Shown in pieces: positions 1 through 18,206 of a stretch of 64,000 bases of DNA. Each line of letters opens with the position of its first letter. Within the stretch, counting starts at the first letter, position 1. This DNA is from Yuukianura sp. NJ FZ-2021 (Eukaryota), in contig CM102290.1 in NCBI GenBank assembly GCA_046563655.1, positions 12,896,001-12,960,000 of the forward strand, given 5' to 3'. The notes under the pieces were generated by a model. That model was not told where the DNA came from. It saw only the letters and a program-made list of their open reading frames with translations, and did not search any database. Both the position numbers and the translations under genes were made by a program.

Positions 1-1266
1 GCCTTCAAGCGAGAAACTATTTCAGAAAATATTTTGAACAGACTCGTCAAAACTACTGTCACGATTACGAAACCACCAAAATTTTTGGACAAGGATCTTC
101 AAAATCATGTTTACCTTTATGAAGCTGTAAGTCAATGAAGTCAATCTGTTTCGCCCTTATTTCTCTTAACTTTTAACACTTTACAAAATGTCTTTTGTTT
201 TTGTTCAGGGGAAGCCAAGTGATGTGTTCATTATGATCCTGGAAGGAAGAGTTCAAGTGGAAGTTGGCAAAGAAAACTTGACATTTCAGGCTGGGCCATT
301 TCAATGTTTCGGAGCTGAATTCCTCATGACAAAACCGACGGATGGTAATTCAATGAACAAATTTGTTATACATAGAAAAAAAAATATTACTATCATGAGT
401 CACAACGTTTAATTATGAATTGTTCGTTCTGTTTAGCTTCTCATGAAAATGATTCTGGTGCTGTGCCGTCTGACCCGGCAGTTACTCGGAAACATTGCTT
501 TGTCCCTGACTACACGTATGCAAAAAATGCTAACGAAGCGATACATTTTGTTCGAATCTGAATGCTTCATGTTGTTGAATTGACTTTTTACAGGGTTCGA
601 GTTCTTAGTGAAACATTTTACATGAAAGTCAGGTAAATTGAAATGTAGTTTACTTAACAATTTTATGTCTCCACTTTTCGGAAATTTTTTCTTAAGAATC
701 TTGAAAAGACTTGAAAAGAAAAAATCTTGCAAATTTTTTTCAATTGTGAAATTTTTTAGGTACGGAGCCTACTGTGCCGCCAAAGTAGCAACAGAAATGG
801 AAAAGAAGTATAGTGCAGACCCTAACGCAGCATTTTCTAACCAGAATTGGCGCAAGGAAGTGGAAGACGTGAGAATATTCACTCATGAAACCAATTGTTG
901 AACATTTTGAAAACAAATTAAATCGTTTTTTTTCTTAGATTTTGACTGTTGCGGATGAAGATTTGTTCAAACATCAACGACGAATGCTCTACGTGAGTCA
1001 CTTATTTTTTGAAATTTTTGAAGAAATAAAAAAAAAACGACTTTGTTATACAGAATGACTCTCAGGACGAGCACTCGAGTTCAGAAACTGACGAAGCAGC
1101 CAAATCGCTCATCCCGGAAGAAGACAAAGACGATGAGCCGGCAAAGGATGTCAATGCAAAACCTCAGAAAGACGTAGTCCTTCCTCCGGCGGGAAGCGGC
1201 GACATGAACGTCCGTTTCAAAAACATGGAATCAAACTCAAAAGGAGCTTCCTCACCTCACACTTGA
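1..1266 (+). CDS. CNNM: CNNM/unextended-family metal transporter, paralog A (3' part only; CNBH domain and tail)
   Basis: GT-AG exons join in frame, e.g. 1-126 and 209-343, ending at TGA 1264-1266. They encode GKPSDVFIMILEGRVQVEVGKENLTFQAGPF and FVPDYTVR, motifs typical of the CNNM cyclic-nucleotide-binding-homology domain. Confidence 0.88.
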
Positions 1267-1901
1267 ATTACTGTTTTGACACTGAAATGTTCTTTTTCGT
1301 TTCAAGTTTCTCAAAATCTGCACATCCAGAGCCGAATTTTCGTCTGTTTCCCTTCCCACGCCTCAAACAATCTCATCCTCACAGCATTTTAAGTTTTTAG
1401 TTCACGGGGTACTTATTTGAAGTAGGAATTTTTAAAACTCTTTCTGTACATAATAGATTTGGATTTGAGGGAAGACAGTACTATGGATATTATGATGAAC
1501 AAAATTCATATTTTGTTTGGCGCCGCATGAACCTCCCTCCATTGCCCGGTGCTTCATAGACGCATCACGACTAATACACGACGCATGTGCAAGGATTTGT
1601 TTTATGAGTAAGGTTTATGTAAACTTTGAAAGGTTGTGCCATTTTTTTGTTGTTTGTCGAAACCGTTTTGAACCATATTGAGGCTGAAACGTCCTCCCAA
1701 AGAAAAAGTTTTTTCTCAAAAGAAAGTTACCGAAAGTTTAAAATTTTTTGCTAGTTTTTAAAACTAAATAGTTCCTTTGCATGTTCCTAGTTAAAATATT
1801 TAAATCCAACACAGCAAAAAATATTGTATGACGGTGTTATTGATGTCTGCAAAAATTAATTTTTTTTGGACGGCCTGACACCATATAACATGTTTATGTA
1901 A

Positions 1902-2192
1902 TAGTGATCCCAGTTTCGGTCGTCCGCCCGAAAGGGTTTTCCGGACATCTCCGTCTTCCAACGGAAAACGTCTTTCGGAGATTTCCGTTGTCCGTCAGAG
2001 AATGGACCGGAATTCGGACATTTCTGTCTAACTCTGTACAGTTGTCCGAAATGACCAAAACTTATTTAAACTTGAAATTTGAAAATTTGGAACGCGTGGT
2101 TAAGTTTTGCAGTTGAAGTATGCGCATACTGTGTATGAATTTCAGAATTTTCAGACAAAAATTCTGAAAAGTGACCGAAATTGGGAACACTG
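1902..2192. mobile_element. MITE-like element with ~20-bp terminal inverted repeats
   Basis: Left end tagtgatcccagtttcggtc, right end gaccgaaattgggaacactg. A similar end occurs at ~14142. No matching TSD seen. Confidence 0.55.
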
Positions 2193-2565
2193 GTAAAGGC
2201 GAGTGTGATACTTTACGAATTTGTGAATGATGAGAGATAAATGTTGAAAATTTTGAACAATCCTGAACAAATAATTCTCCGAACGAACAAAACTAAAACG
2301 GATTTTTATGGAGTAGTGTTCGAAACTGTTAGAACCAAAATATATGTTGTTATCTAGTTATTTAAAGCAGAGTTAACTGTATTGTATTTGACGTTACTAG
2401 TGTATTAAAAGTATCTTTTCTTCCACTTGAACGTTTAGTACACAATTGTCCGATTGTTTATTTTCGAAATTTCGAAAACAAACATAAAAATACGAGAGCG
2501 ATACTTTAATTAATAATACATTATAATAAACAACACGAGTAAAATAAAGTTAACTGTTAACTGTT

Positions 2566-7694
<5,129 letters not shown>

Positions 7695-9515
7695 TTTCGT
7701 GTACTTGACCCTACCGTGTGCTGGGTAGAGACTTCTGCTATGATCAGAGGTGTAACAAAGTAGTTTTATAGATTTCTAATATGATTGAAGAAGCTTTCAC
7801 TGATTTTGATAAACTGCTCCATACCTGCGCGGAATTAATTGGCATAATCTTATCACATATGAAATAACAATTACTACGCCATCACCAGTACTTCTCTTCA
7901 ACATCATCATCAATCGCCTGCATATTCAAGGCGAGATGAAAAAGTGACATAGATCGTCTATTGTAAATGTTGAACTGGTTTTACAGCAATTGATCTTTCA
8001 GGAACAAAGGAAAACTGACATTTTGAAGGAAAGTGCTGTGAATTCTTGCTACTACGCAGACGTATAGTTTGACGCAAACGTTTCACTAACGTAACTCAAT
8101 TGAGGACTTAAATAAACATGTATTGAGGTTGCTAAAAGTTTTATTCATTGGCTATAATGCGGCGTCACCTGAAATCACGTGTTATTGGTTGAAATTAATG
8201 CAATCAGAGTTGCAGTTTCGAAATACCGCTGTGAGAAGTTGAAGCGCGTTTAAGCTAATGAGGCTCCGCCCCCAAAATCTTGATGATCAAGTTAGTTATC
8301 GAATTGACATCTATACGACAAAGCAAGGGTTGCATGTTAGATGTTCATGTTGCATGGATTTTGCATTTCGAATTTCTACAGTCGATACCCTCATGCTCTT
8401 ATTGCTCGGTTCCAACAAAAGTTTTCGCGGGCAAACCGGACGGATTCAAATCGCACACATATGAAACGTTGTTAACTTATAGCAGCATTTTTTTTGTTTA
8501 CAAGCGTAATCCCGCCAAAAACATAAGCTTTACGGTATCCTGCTATCAGGCGGAGCGGACCTAAAAGTTGCACAGTGAGGGGTTCTACTGTAACTGTAAA
8601 ATACTGTTAGACTAAAAATGCAATTTGCGAATTTATCACTGGAAATAATTTGCAAATGAGGTATTCATCCCACAGGTAGCTTCTGGAACGAACTTTAACT
8701 CGACAGAAGATATTGGGGGAAGATAAAACACGTAATTTACGTAATCTAGTTTTTCCATAAGTTTAGCATCTCAAATTCATATGCTGGAAATGAACTTTGG
8801 GATTGAGATTCTCATTCCCCAAAGTTCATTTTCTTACTGCTGCATCAGCAAAAACAAATAAACTTTTTCCTAGTTTGTTACACATAGTTTATGCATATTT
8901 TAGTTTAGAAAATTAAAAGTGTACACAAAATGTAAATGCTAAAACAAAATTAACTCACGTTGCAAAAACTTGGAAATACAAACTTCCAGTACGAAGCTTC
9001 ATTAGTTGAGTCACTCGTACAGATAAACTTTCACTACTCTGAGTTGTGCATTGCCTTTAAGTTGGAACAGGGCCAAAATTTACTAACAATACTTAAAAGA
9101 TGTCAAAAATCCATCGATGACAGCAGCCTTTATGACTGTTTATACATTCTAAATATGTTTATCAACCATCATAATCCAATTCCAAGTCCACTTTGGTCCA
9201 CAAAGTCACCACCTCCCGTCGTCCACAAAAGATAGACAGATAGTTTGTCTCAAACCTTGACAATACAAGTCCATACAACGACTGCCCGTGTCTTCCAGTT
9301 ATCACTACTACCACCTCGTTTCAGTATTCAGAACACCGTCTTTACAAAATATCTCTCAGGATTCGACTAAAACGCTCATAATTATCCCATTTACTTTACT
9401 AAGTCGTATCCTCACTTGTCAAATAGGAAAGTTTTGAGGCTGATTGAACCAATTGCTGCGTAGAAAGTCAATTTGAGTGACCGATTTTTGTCTGGAAACT
9501 TCCTCTGTGTTATTA

Positions 9516-12224
9516 ATGGGCCTGGAACCTCCTGGATTCAGCATCATCTGCCTCTTGTTGGCTGCACTGGATCCATCGCTTGGCGCTGCCACGCAAGACA
9601 GGTCAATTCCCCTCGGGGTCATTGTCACCGGACTCCGAGTCGAGGTAAATGTCCAAATCTTATTCAGTAACGAAGCTACTTTATGAATTGACCTTGTCCG
9701 TGTGTCTGTCTCTCTGCCGGCTACAATTATATCACTTAATCTATGGCAAGGTTGCTCTGGCGCCCATATATACAAATGCGGTAACAGGTTGTCACAACTC
9801 TATTTGTTTAAAATTGCGAAAAACAAATTTTTTGTACCAATCCCGTTTGCTTAACATAGCGCGTGGTCAACTTTTTCAGACGAAAAATCAAAATAAACAT
9901 TTATTAAAAAACAGGAGTTATGGCATAACCTGTTAAGAAAAAACAAACAAAATTTTGATTTGAACAACCTTGATCCATGGCACCCCATTACTCCAGGTGA
10001 CCTTATAGGGTCACCATTACCTGTGAAAATGAAAAATAAGAATGAATTTTCGCTTGATGTTTTATGGATCTCCTATTTTTTGAACAGGATGCGAACGTCT
10101 CTTATGAAAACGGAACATCAGTAATTGTTGCAAATTCTCCAATTCGGATTCGGCTCTTCGGTGAAGGATTTACCAATGATACACTTGTCCGGTTCACGTC
10201 AGAGAGTCAAGGCAGATCTGCCGTTTGCCATGACAACTCCATGTCCAACTTGACGTCAAGTCCCGCCTATCCGGTGAGAGTCGAGAATCACATTTAAAAT
10301 TGGGATGTTGAAAAAATTAATTAACAATTAGTTAATTCTTGGTTTTCAAATAAGGTGTCCGATGTTGGTCCGCTGTCAGACTCCGCCTGGCTAGAAATCA
10401 GCTTCCCCTCGCCCACAGTCGGCACTGAATATTTTTTCATTTGCACACTCCAACAAGCCAGCAGTACTTCCGCGTCTACTTGGATTCATCAAGGGAATGA
10501 CGACTGGCTACGAATCAAGGTCAAGGACAGACTCCTCCCCTTCTGGCTCCAATGTCTCTTCATTTCTATTCTGTTGCTGCTGTCAGGCCTCTTTGCAGGG
10601 CTGACCCTTGGTCTCCTAGCACTGGATCGCACTGACCTCAAGATACTGGCCAATACTGGTTCAGACAAAGAAAGAAAGTATGCCAAGACAATCATTCCTC
10701 TTCGGACGCGTGGGAATTATCTACTGTGTAGCCTTGTTCTTGGAAATGTCCTTGTCAACTCTACCCTAACAATTCTTCTGGATGATCTCACTACCGGGGT
10801 TATCGCCATCATTGCATCGACAACAGGGATTGTCATCGTAGGGGAAATCATACCACAGGCGATTTGTTCCAGAAATGGATTGGCCATTGGAGCTAAGACG
10901 GTGTGGCTAACAAAGTTTCTCATGCTCATTACGTTTCCGCTGTCCTACACGATCAGTTTCATCCTGGACAAAATCTTAGGAGAAGAAATTGGAATCGTTT
11001 ACAATCGAGAAAAACTCAAAGAACTTATTACGGTGAATCTTCAAATTTCAAATTTTATTAAAAAAAATTAATTGTTTCAGTTTTCAGTAATTTTCAGATT
11101 AATTTTAGTTCGTTGAAGGTTTTTAGAAGGAGGGGGCGGAGCCATCGCTGAGTTGGCGGGAAATGGCGTTGATCCACTACTTTAAACTATTATTGACTTA
11201 TTGCAGGTAACAATTGAGCACAATGATTTGGAGACAGATGAGGTCAACATCATTTCAGGGGCATTGACCTTAAAAAAGAAAACAGTTGAGGATGTCATGA
11301 CCCCTCTGGCCGAAGTTTTCATGCTTCCAGCCCAAACGTTGTTGGATGCGGAGCTCCTCGCTGAAATTCGAAAACAAGGTTACTCAACGCAAAGAAAATA
11401 TTTTTTTTTGTTTCTGAATTTTTTTTCCAAAAACAAGGTTTTGCACGTATTCCGATCTACGATGGAGAAAGGAGTCGAATATTGTCCGTTTTGAACACGA
11501 AGGACCTCGTGTGTGTAACTGGTGACAAAGTGCCACTACATACTTTGATTGAGCCGAACAATACTTGCTTCTTTGTCTTTTCCGATGCCACACTGGATGT
11601 AATGTTCAACGCATTTAAAACAGGTTTGACAAAAAAATTCATCAATCTTGATTAGGGGTGTAAATAAGTCACTTCTTTCTACAAATCCGGATTTCTGATT
11701 TTAATTTAAAAAATTCGGATTTTAATCCGGATTTCAGAATACAGACGAATTCCCATAAGAGTTTCTTTTAGTTCTCCTAAATTGTAAACAACGTTGGTTT
11801 TCAGCTTCAATTACTAAAAAAAAGTTGAAAATGGAATAGGAATGCTCTTTTTGATTAACTGAATTTAAGGAAGCACTTTAAACTCAAATTTTCGGTTGTT
11901 GAGGTCAATTTTCGAATTCTCCATACCCTAAAATGGGAGAAAAAATCCGTCACATCCGGATTCGATATTTTCGGAATAGGGATAGGGAAGAATCCGGATC
12001 CATCAAAAATCCGGATTTATATCCGGAACAAAAATCCGGATTTACACGCCTAATCTTGATGAAATTTGGCATTGACTTGTTTAATTTCAACAGGAAATCG
12101 GGGTCACATGGCGTTTGTCCAGAAATTGAATACTGGACAAGACGACAGAGACCCATATTGTGAAATCATTGGAATTGTAACACTGGAGGACATCCTGATT
12201 GATTGGTGGCCAGAACGATTTTGA
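9516..12224 (+). CDS. CNNM: CNNM-family paralog C, ending after the CBS pair (no CNBH domain)
   Basis: Exons approx. 9516-9644, 10088-10273, 10355-11032, 11207-11378, 11438-11623, 12093-12224. Contains a signal-like N-terminus, DUF21 motifs (SGLFAGLTLGLLALD, GEIIPQAICSRNGL) and CBS motifs (GFARIP, GHMAFV..DPYCE..TLEDIL), then IDWWPERF*. Confidence 0.88.
9747..9972. mobile_element. hAT-type MITE, CAAGGTT family subtype A
   Basis: Ends CAAGGTT...AACCTTG. 8-bp flanks atctatgg / atccatgg (7/8). Confidence 0.85.
11653..12052. mobile_element. hAT-type MITE with subterminal TCCGGA repeats, in last intron of CNNM-C
   Basis: TIR taggggtgtaaat / atttacacgccta. Perfect 8-bp TSD ATCTTGAT at 11645-11652 and 12053-12060. 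Confidence 0.9.
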
Positions 12225-12696
12225 AAATAATGGAAATAGCTGGGAGACATCAATTCCCCATGCAACATTTTAAGATGTAACTTCGTTGGTTTTTAACCGT
12301 CGTGACATCGACTGACTTGTGTAGAAAATTGTCACTGAACGAGACATTCACATGTATCGTCATTAGTTGGATGTTACCACCTCTATTATTAATCTCAGTC
12401 CGAAAACCATTCCCTTTTACTCGTGTAACGCAGAATTTTGTATTAATTTCAATATAGATTGATCCAGTATCCGTCCGTGCCAAAGTTGTCTCACCCTTCC
12501 ATGTTTTTAGATAGTGAGTTTGGTCCTTAGGATGAAATGGCGGGAGGTTATGATTTATGAGGTTTTGCAAAGATTAATTTGTGTAAAATAAAACAATTAC
12601 TAAATAAATTTAATTAACAACAGTCCCAAGTCTAAATTTTATTATGTGTCAAGTAGCGTTTCAATAAAAATTTACAGAGAAAAAAAAATAGTAGTA

Positions 12697-13031
12697 CAGT
12701 AGATCCTCTCAAATTGGAACTTCGGTGTGATTGGTTGGTTTAATTACCGTAAACTTTCTAATTTTTGGCATCGGAGGTACTGGACCACCCAAAGCGTCCA
12801 TACCAGGTCATTAGTACGAAAACAATAAGCGCGAAATCTGAAAGCTGGCAACAGTGTGTGTTAGGTTTCATTGGTAATAGAGATTCAGTGTTGCCAGCTT
12901 GTGGAATTCGCGGTTATTGTTTTCGCGCTGATGACCTTGAACTCAAAGCGCCAACTTGATTTGCTCCATCCAAAAACTTAGGTTATACGGGGTTCCGGGA
13001 AAACAATGTTGCAATTTGAGAGGATTTACTG
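12697..13031. mobile_element. pogo/Tc1-type MITE
   Basis: TA|cagtagatcctctcaaattggaac ... gttgcaatttgagaggatttactg|TA. Confidence 0.82.
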
Positions 13032-13179
13032 TAGTGTAACGTTAAAAATGTCGATGCGTCAGTTGCTTGCAGAAGATGACTGGAAAAGAATCACAACGTT
13101 GAGCAGAAGTAATGCTGATAATCACTCTTCGAAGCACATCATGCGAATAGCTTTAACATGCGTTTCGCACCAACAGGAT

Positions 13180-15785
13180 TTATCGTAGCAGAGACTTGAT
13201 CGTTTTGGAAATAATTTCAACACATTCCGCCAGTTGATTTTCAGTAATGGTGAGGGGTGGAGCAAAACGAATGATGTCTCCGTGCGTTGGTTTCGCCAAC
13301 AGTCCATTGTCCCGCAGTCGCAAACAAACATCCCAAGCATTGAATTCTAAAAAAAAACAAGTGCAATTTATCAAAAAATTGAAATCGTATTTAAATTAAA
13401 AAAAAGGCGGCAAAATTTGGAATACCTTTGCCAATGACGATGGCATTCAAAAGCCCCTTGCCTCGAACTGCCTTGACGACATTTGATGGAAGCAAAGCTA
13501 ATTCATTCCTAAGTATTTTCCCAAGTTTGTCTGAGTTTTCTGCCAAATTTTCCTCTTCCAGAACTTCCAGAGCGGCCATAGCAACTCTGCTTGCCAACGG
13601 ATTTCCACCGTATGTGGATCCATGTTCTCCGGGTTTGATGCACATCATAACTGGATCATCGGCCAAAACAGCAGAAACCTAAAAGCATAGACATGCCATT
13701 GGTAAAAAGTGGATAAAAAGGCACAGAGTCATAAATATCTCAGAAATATCGCGACTACTGAGATACTTTTTCGAGATATTTTTGATCGAAATATGATATT
13801 AATGACAGGTACACTTGAGTTTGTAGACTTACTGGAAGAATGCCACCGGACAAGGCTTTGCCCAGTATGACGATGTCCGGTCGTACGTTTTCGTGGTCCA
13901 CACATAGCCGTCGACCCGTTCGAGCCAAACCGGTCTGCACTTCATCAGCAATGAAGAGGACGTTATTGGCTGAACAAAGTTCTCGGACACCGCGGAGATA
14001 ACCTTGGTGCGGCACAACGACTCCGGCTTCACCTTGGATTGGTTCAACCATGAAAGCACAAACAGTTGGATCCTGGAGCGCAGCCTAAAAAATAACACAA
14101 TGGTACTGCCATTAATGTCATTTTATAGGTTTGGCTCCCCGCAATGTTCCCAGTTTCGGTCACTCTTCCAAATGGTCCGAAATGTCCGAATAAGGGTACT
14201 AAGGTGGCTAACTATGTGAACTACTAAAATTGAATGTATATAACTAGAACTTGTAAAATTGAATGTATTCCGTCTCTTTCCTTGTTTTTTTATGCTTCAA
14301 GCTTGGACCGTAGTAAATTAACTTTGAAATTTTGAAATAAAAAAAATGAGCCGATAAATTTAATCATACATGACATTGTGACTGTGAGCTGATCCTGGTA
14401 GATTAAATTATTATAATTAATTCAAAACTAAATTTCAAAAAAAATTGTACAAAGTCCTAGGCACGTGGTGGCATAAATCAAAACCGGTTTGTGAATTTGG
14501 AAATTTTTAAAACCGGTCCAGTGAGTAGTCTACACCTCCCTCACGGACCAATCAGAGAAGCGGATGCAAACTGGTCATTTTGAAATATGTTGTCCAATTG
14601 CGCATTACAACTTCTGATCATACGATAAAAATACCGTAAAGATCCTACTTCTGAGCTTCAATGTTCCAGTTGACCTTGGAAAATGAAACTTCCACCTCTT
14701 GGAGAAGCTAAAGTTCTCAGTTCAGTTTTGTATTTCCTAAATTGTTAATATGACCTTGACTGTTTGAGCAACATGTTAATGAAATGTAAAGTGATGCTTA
14801 TGGTTTCATGAAAAGCATTTTTAGCACTAGTGGATGAGAAAGGATGAGAAAGTTGTACTTTTGATGACTAAATTGCTCCAGTAACCTCGAAATGCTATAA
14901 CAATTGAAGTGTTTTCACTTACGTTGAGGGCATTGAGGTCATTGTAGGGAATCGTTTCAAAGCCAGGCATGAATGGTCCAAAGCCTTCGTACGACGTTGG
15001 ATCCGTCGAAGCCGAAATTGCCGCCAGTGTTCGTCCCCAAAAATTTCCTTCAGCAAAGACAATCTTGGCTTCGTTTTTCGGAATTCCTTTTTTCATATAG
15101 CCCCACTTCCTGGCCAACTTGCACGCCGTTTCACCTCCTTCCACGCCTGGTTAATTTTGGAGCCAAAATTTAAACAGAAAAGATTTTAAAATTTTCAAAA
15201 TTAAAAAAAAATTCAAATACATTTTGAGTTTTTTTTAAGACTTTTACCAGTGTTCATGGGCAAAACTTTGTCGTATCCGAACAACTTCGTGATGTACTCC
15301 TGGTACTCTCCGAGTGCTTCCGAGTAGAAGGCTCGGGACGTAAGTGTCAACACCTCAGCCTGGTCCTTAAGGGCATGAATGATCTTAGGGTGACAGTGAC
15401 CTTGGTTCACAGCGGAGTATGCGCTGAGAAAGTCATAGTACTTGCGATTCTCAACGTCCCAGACATAAACGCCTGAAATTAAACCAACGTTGAAATTTAA
15501 ACATTCTAAAAAAAGTGTACAAAATTTAGCCGTAAAATTGATTCAGTTTAGACAAGTTTAGGTAAAGTTTTATAAGTACTATGCATCACCTTTTCCTCTG
15601 CATAATGCTACAGGGATAGGATGGTAATTGTGAGCGCCAAATTTCGACTCGCGTTCGAAAATTTGTTGACTGTCTCCAATTACAGATTTGGACAGTGGTT
15701 GACCACTGGCTTTGGTGCGCTTGAGCAGTAAGTGTGTAGGGGCTGCGGAGTAGTTTGACGTGACTCGACTCAAATTTCGCAACAT
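13180..15785 (-). CDS. OAT: Ornithine aminotransferase, mitochondrial
   Basis: Motifs include [66 protein letters not shown] (PLP lysine), [10 protein letters not shown] and IRFAPPL. The N-terminus resembles a transit peptide. Confidence 0.97.
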
Positions 15786-16291
15786 GCTTAACGTTATGAA
15801 TTGACTTTTTGTAACTTCTAAATTGGGAATACTCTCCAGGAGGGACTGTTCCCAGTGATATCTGGAAGGCTAATGAGCAAGAAAAAAGAACTGATCTGTC
15901 CAGTAGTCCTGGGATTTAAAACCTACTTAAACAACTTTCTAACCCATTATCCAACTACTCAATACACTCCATGAGTGATAAATGAAAATTAATATGTTGG
16001 AGAGTGCATTAAGTGGGGTCACTTCACACTCCTATTCCTCCTTAAAATTAAACACAATAGACGCTGTGTTAGGGCACACGCGGTACGGGGGTGAAATGGC
16101 GCAGTTAAGGAGTTGATAGTGGAGGTTTTGTTTTCGCCACAATTTGGCATTGAAGTGCTAAATCCTAAAAATTTTCCATGAATTAATACTGCTACTCCAT
16201 CAAAGGAAAGATGTTAGACCAAAAAACAGCAATTTAAAGGCTATTTGAAGTGAACATTTTAGAGACTTTTGAATATTTTTAATAATCAGTA

Positions 16292-16635
16292 CAGTAAAAT
16301 CCCTCATTGTGCAACAGGAAAAAGTCTTCGGCTGATACTGTAAAGCTTCAGGTTAACTACATCGTTGATATTACATCTCAGTGCTAATTTTTTCGTCGAA
16401 ATTTGAGGGAGGGGTACTTAATTAATAGGGACAAGGGGCATTATTTGGGAGAGGTGTACTATTTGAAGATTTACGGTATAAGCTAAACTCAAATCACCGA
16501 ATCTCAGTTTCAGGGAATTTCAGGAGGTCTAGGTTTATTGTTTACAATAAAAATTCTCCAAGATTTTTGTGTTTTACGGTTTTCCGCTGGTACAAAGAAA
16601 GAGAAAGAAGTGTTGCGCAATGAGGGGCTTTACTG
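16292..16635. mobile_element. pogo/Tc1-type MITE
   Basis: TA|cagtaaaatccctcattgtgcaac ... gttgcgcaatgaggggctttactg|TA. Confidence 0.75.
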
Positions 16636-17798
16636 TAAGAACAACGTGAAATCTAGCATGTCATTTCTCTGTGTGTCCTAGTTTAGAAAGACTTGGGTTC
16701 ACTCTTTTATCAAAAAGTTATTCTAAAAACAGTTCCGTTCTTATGTTTCATGGTATTTCTGGGTTGGATAAGGCTGACGCAGCAGAGGTTTCATTGACCC
16801 CTTGGAGTTTTAGGAAAGTTTTTCTGTTCAGCTGTGGGTCAACGAAGAGGTCAACTGCTTATGTCCTATTGGGCAGTAGTTGGAAGGAGCCATAGAGCTG
16901 TAGAGCATTATGATAACAAGACGCCATCTCATGAATTGAGCAGCATGCTGTAATTCTAATCTGGTTTCAAATTTCACTTAAATTAAACAGTAGTTTTCGC
17001 CATTTGGAAAACTCAGATAAAGACAGCGCGATTCAGGGAAGATCTGTGAGCTATTTCTCATGCATGTATCTTGGGTTTGATTTATCTGAAATGTTATCCA
17101 GGATTAATTAAAAAAAAAGAAATGGATTTTGTTTGTTTTTTTTTCTTCTAAATTTAGAAGTTCCACAGAAATTGTTTTTTTTTAAACGAAAGCTGTTAAC
17201 ATGTCAAAACTGTAAAAACCTTTAATGATTAATGGCGTTAGCTAATGAGAATAAATTGCATTAAAAACGTATTGGCCAAATTTGGCCTTCAGGCACAGAT
17301 TGTTCAACTTTGTAGTGTGCCCGTGACTGGCCTACACGTGCACTTTCTGCTGAAAGCTGAAAACAGCTGACAAACCGTAACTCTCGTCGCTTGAAAATCA
17401 TTTTAATCACAGTATTTTGCTTTATTAATTAGCGAAACTACAAGTATATTGACGTTTGTGATAGAACACGGTGCAGAAATACGGGAATCTTCAGCCAACC
17501 TTTCCTAGGAATAAAGGAAGATTGTAACGGTAAGGTTGTAACTACTAAAACATTTGCCACAATCCACCCAGAAAATACAATTCAATCCGAACTTGGTCAT
17601 TCAAATTGGATGATCCAACATCAATAGTAGTAGTTACCGAATGTGATTGCGATTTAAGTATTTATGAGGTTATTGGAGATCATTTTTACCAATTGACACT
17701 TTTTCTTTTCTTTTTTTTACAGAGAAGGAAGTGACTTTAACTCCAGGTCCGTGGCGGGCGGGTGTAATAAATCAATCGTTTTGAACGTTGACTATGTA

Positions 17799-18197
17799 AT
17801 GGATAATCTTACACCGAACGAGGACGAATTTGACTCAATTATTCTTGGAGAAGAAGCAGTTACAACAGTTGGGTTTGAAGAGGGATTGCGGAAAGGGGAC
17901 CTGGAGTGTCAACTAACCGGACTGAATACGGCAATAAAAATACCAAGGACTTTGATCACTTCGCAGTCAGCGTTACTGTCTTACTTGAAAGCAGACATCA
18001 CGGCAAGATTTGGTGATACTTCAATTCCGGCCTCCCTTGTCCAATTGCAGAAGGAGCTTCAAGAAATTGAAACCAAGGAGAAGCTCCTCGACATACTGAA
18101 GACGCTTATCGACAGTGAACACTGCAGTTTACAAACGACTTCATTCACTTCACTGTACCTTACGACTAACCTTTCTGGCGCTAACACTGCTGGGTAG
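17799..18197 (+). CDS. Small LTO1/YAE1-like (Yae1_N, GX3-repeat) protein; first cistron upstream of METTL25
   Basis: 132-aa intronless ORF after a 5'UTR intron (~17530-17722). EFDSIILGEE...GFEEGLRKGDLECQLTG resembles the LTO1 N-terminus and the GxxxGxxxG pattern of LTO1/YAE1 (recalled, divergent). Confidence 0.55.
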   Translation: MDNLTPNEDEFDSIILGEEAVTTVGFEEGLRKGDLECQLTGLNTAIKIPRTLITSQSALLSYLKADITARFGDTSIPASLVQLQKELQEIETKEKLLDILKTLIDSEHCSLQTTSFTSLYLTTNLSGANTAG

Positions 18198-18206
18198 TCC
18201 ACCATC

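Noticed and set aside
9419..9775. 118-aa ORF antisense to CNNM-C exon 1, and many similar shadow ORFs in the track
   Set aside because: Explained as antisense or alternative-frame shadows of real exons or of MITE sequence.
12250..12570. 106-aa minus-strand ORF after CNNM-C
   Set aside because: Non-ATG start, no recognisable motif, and it lies antisense to the probable 3'UTR.
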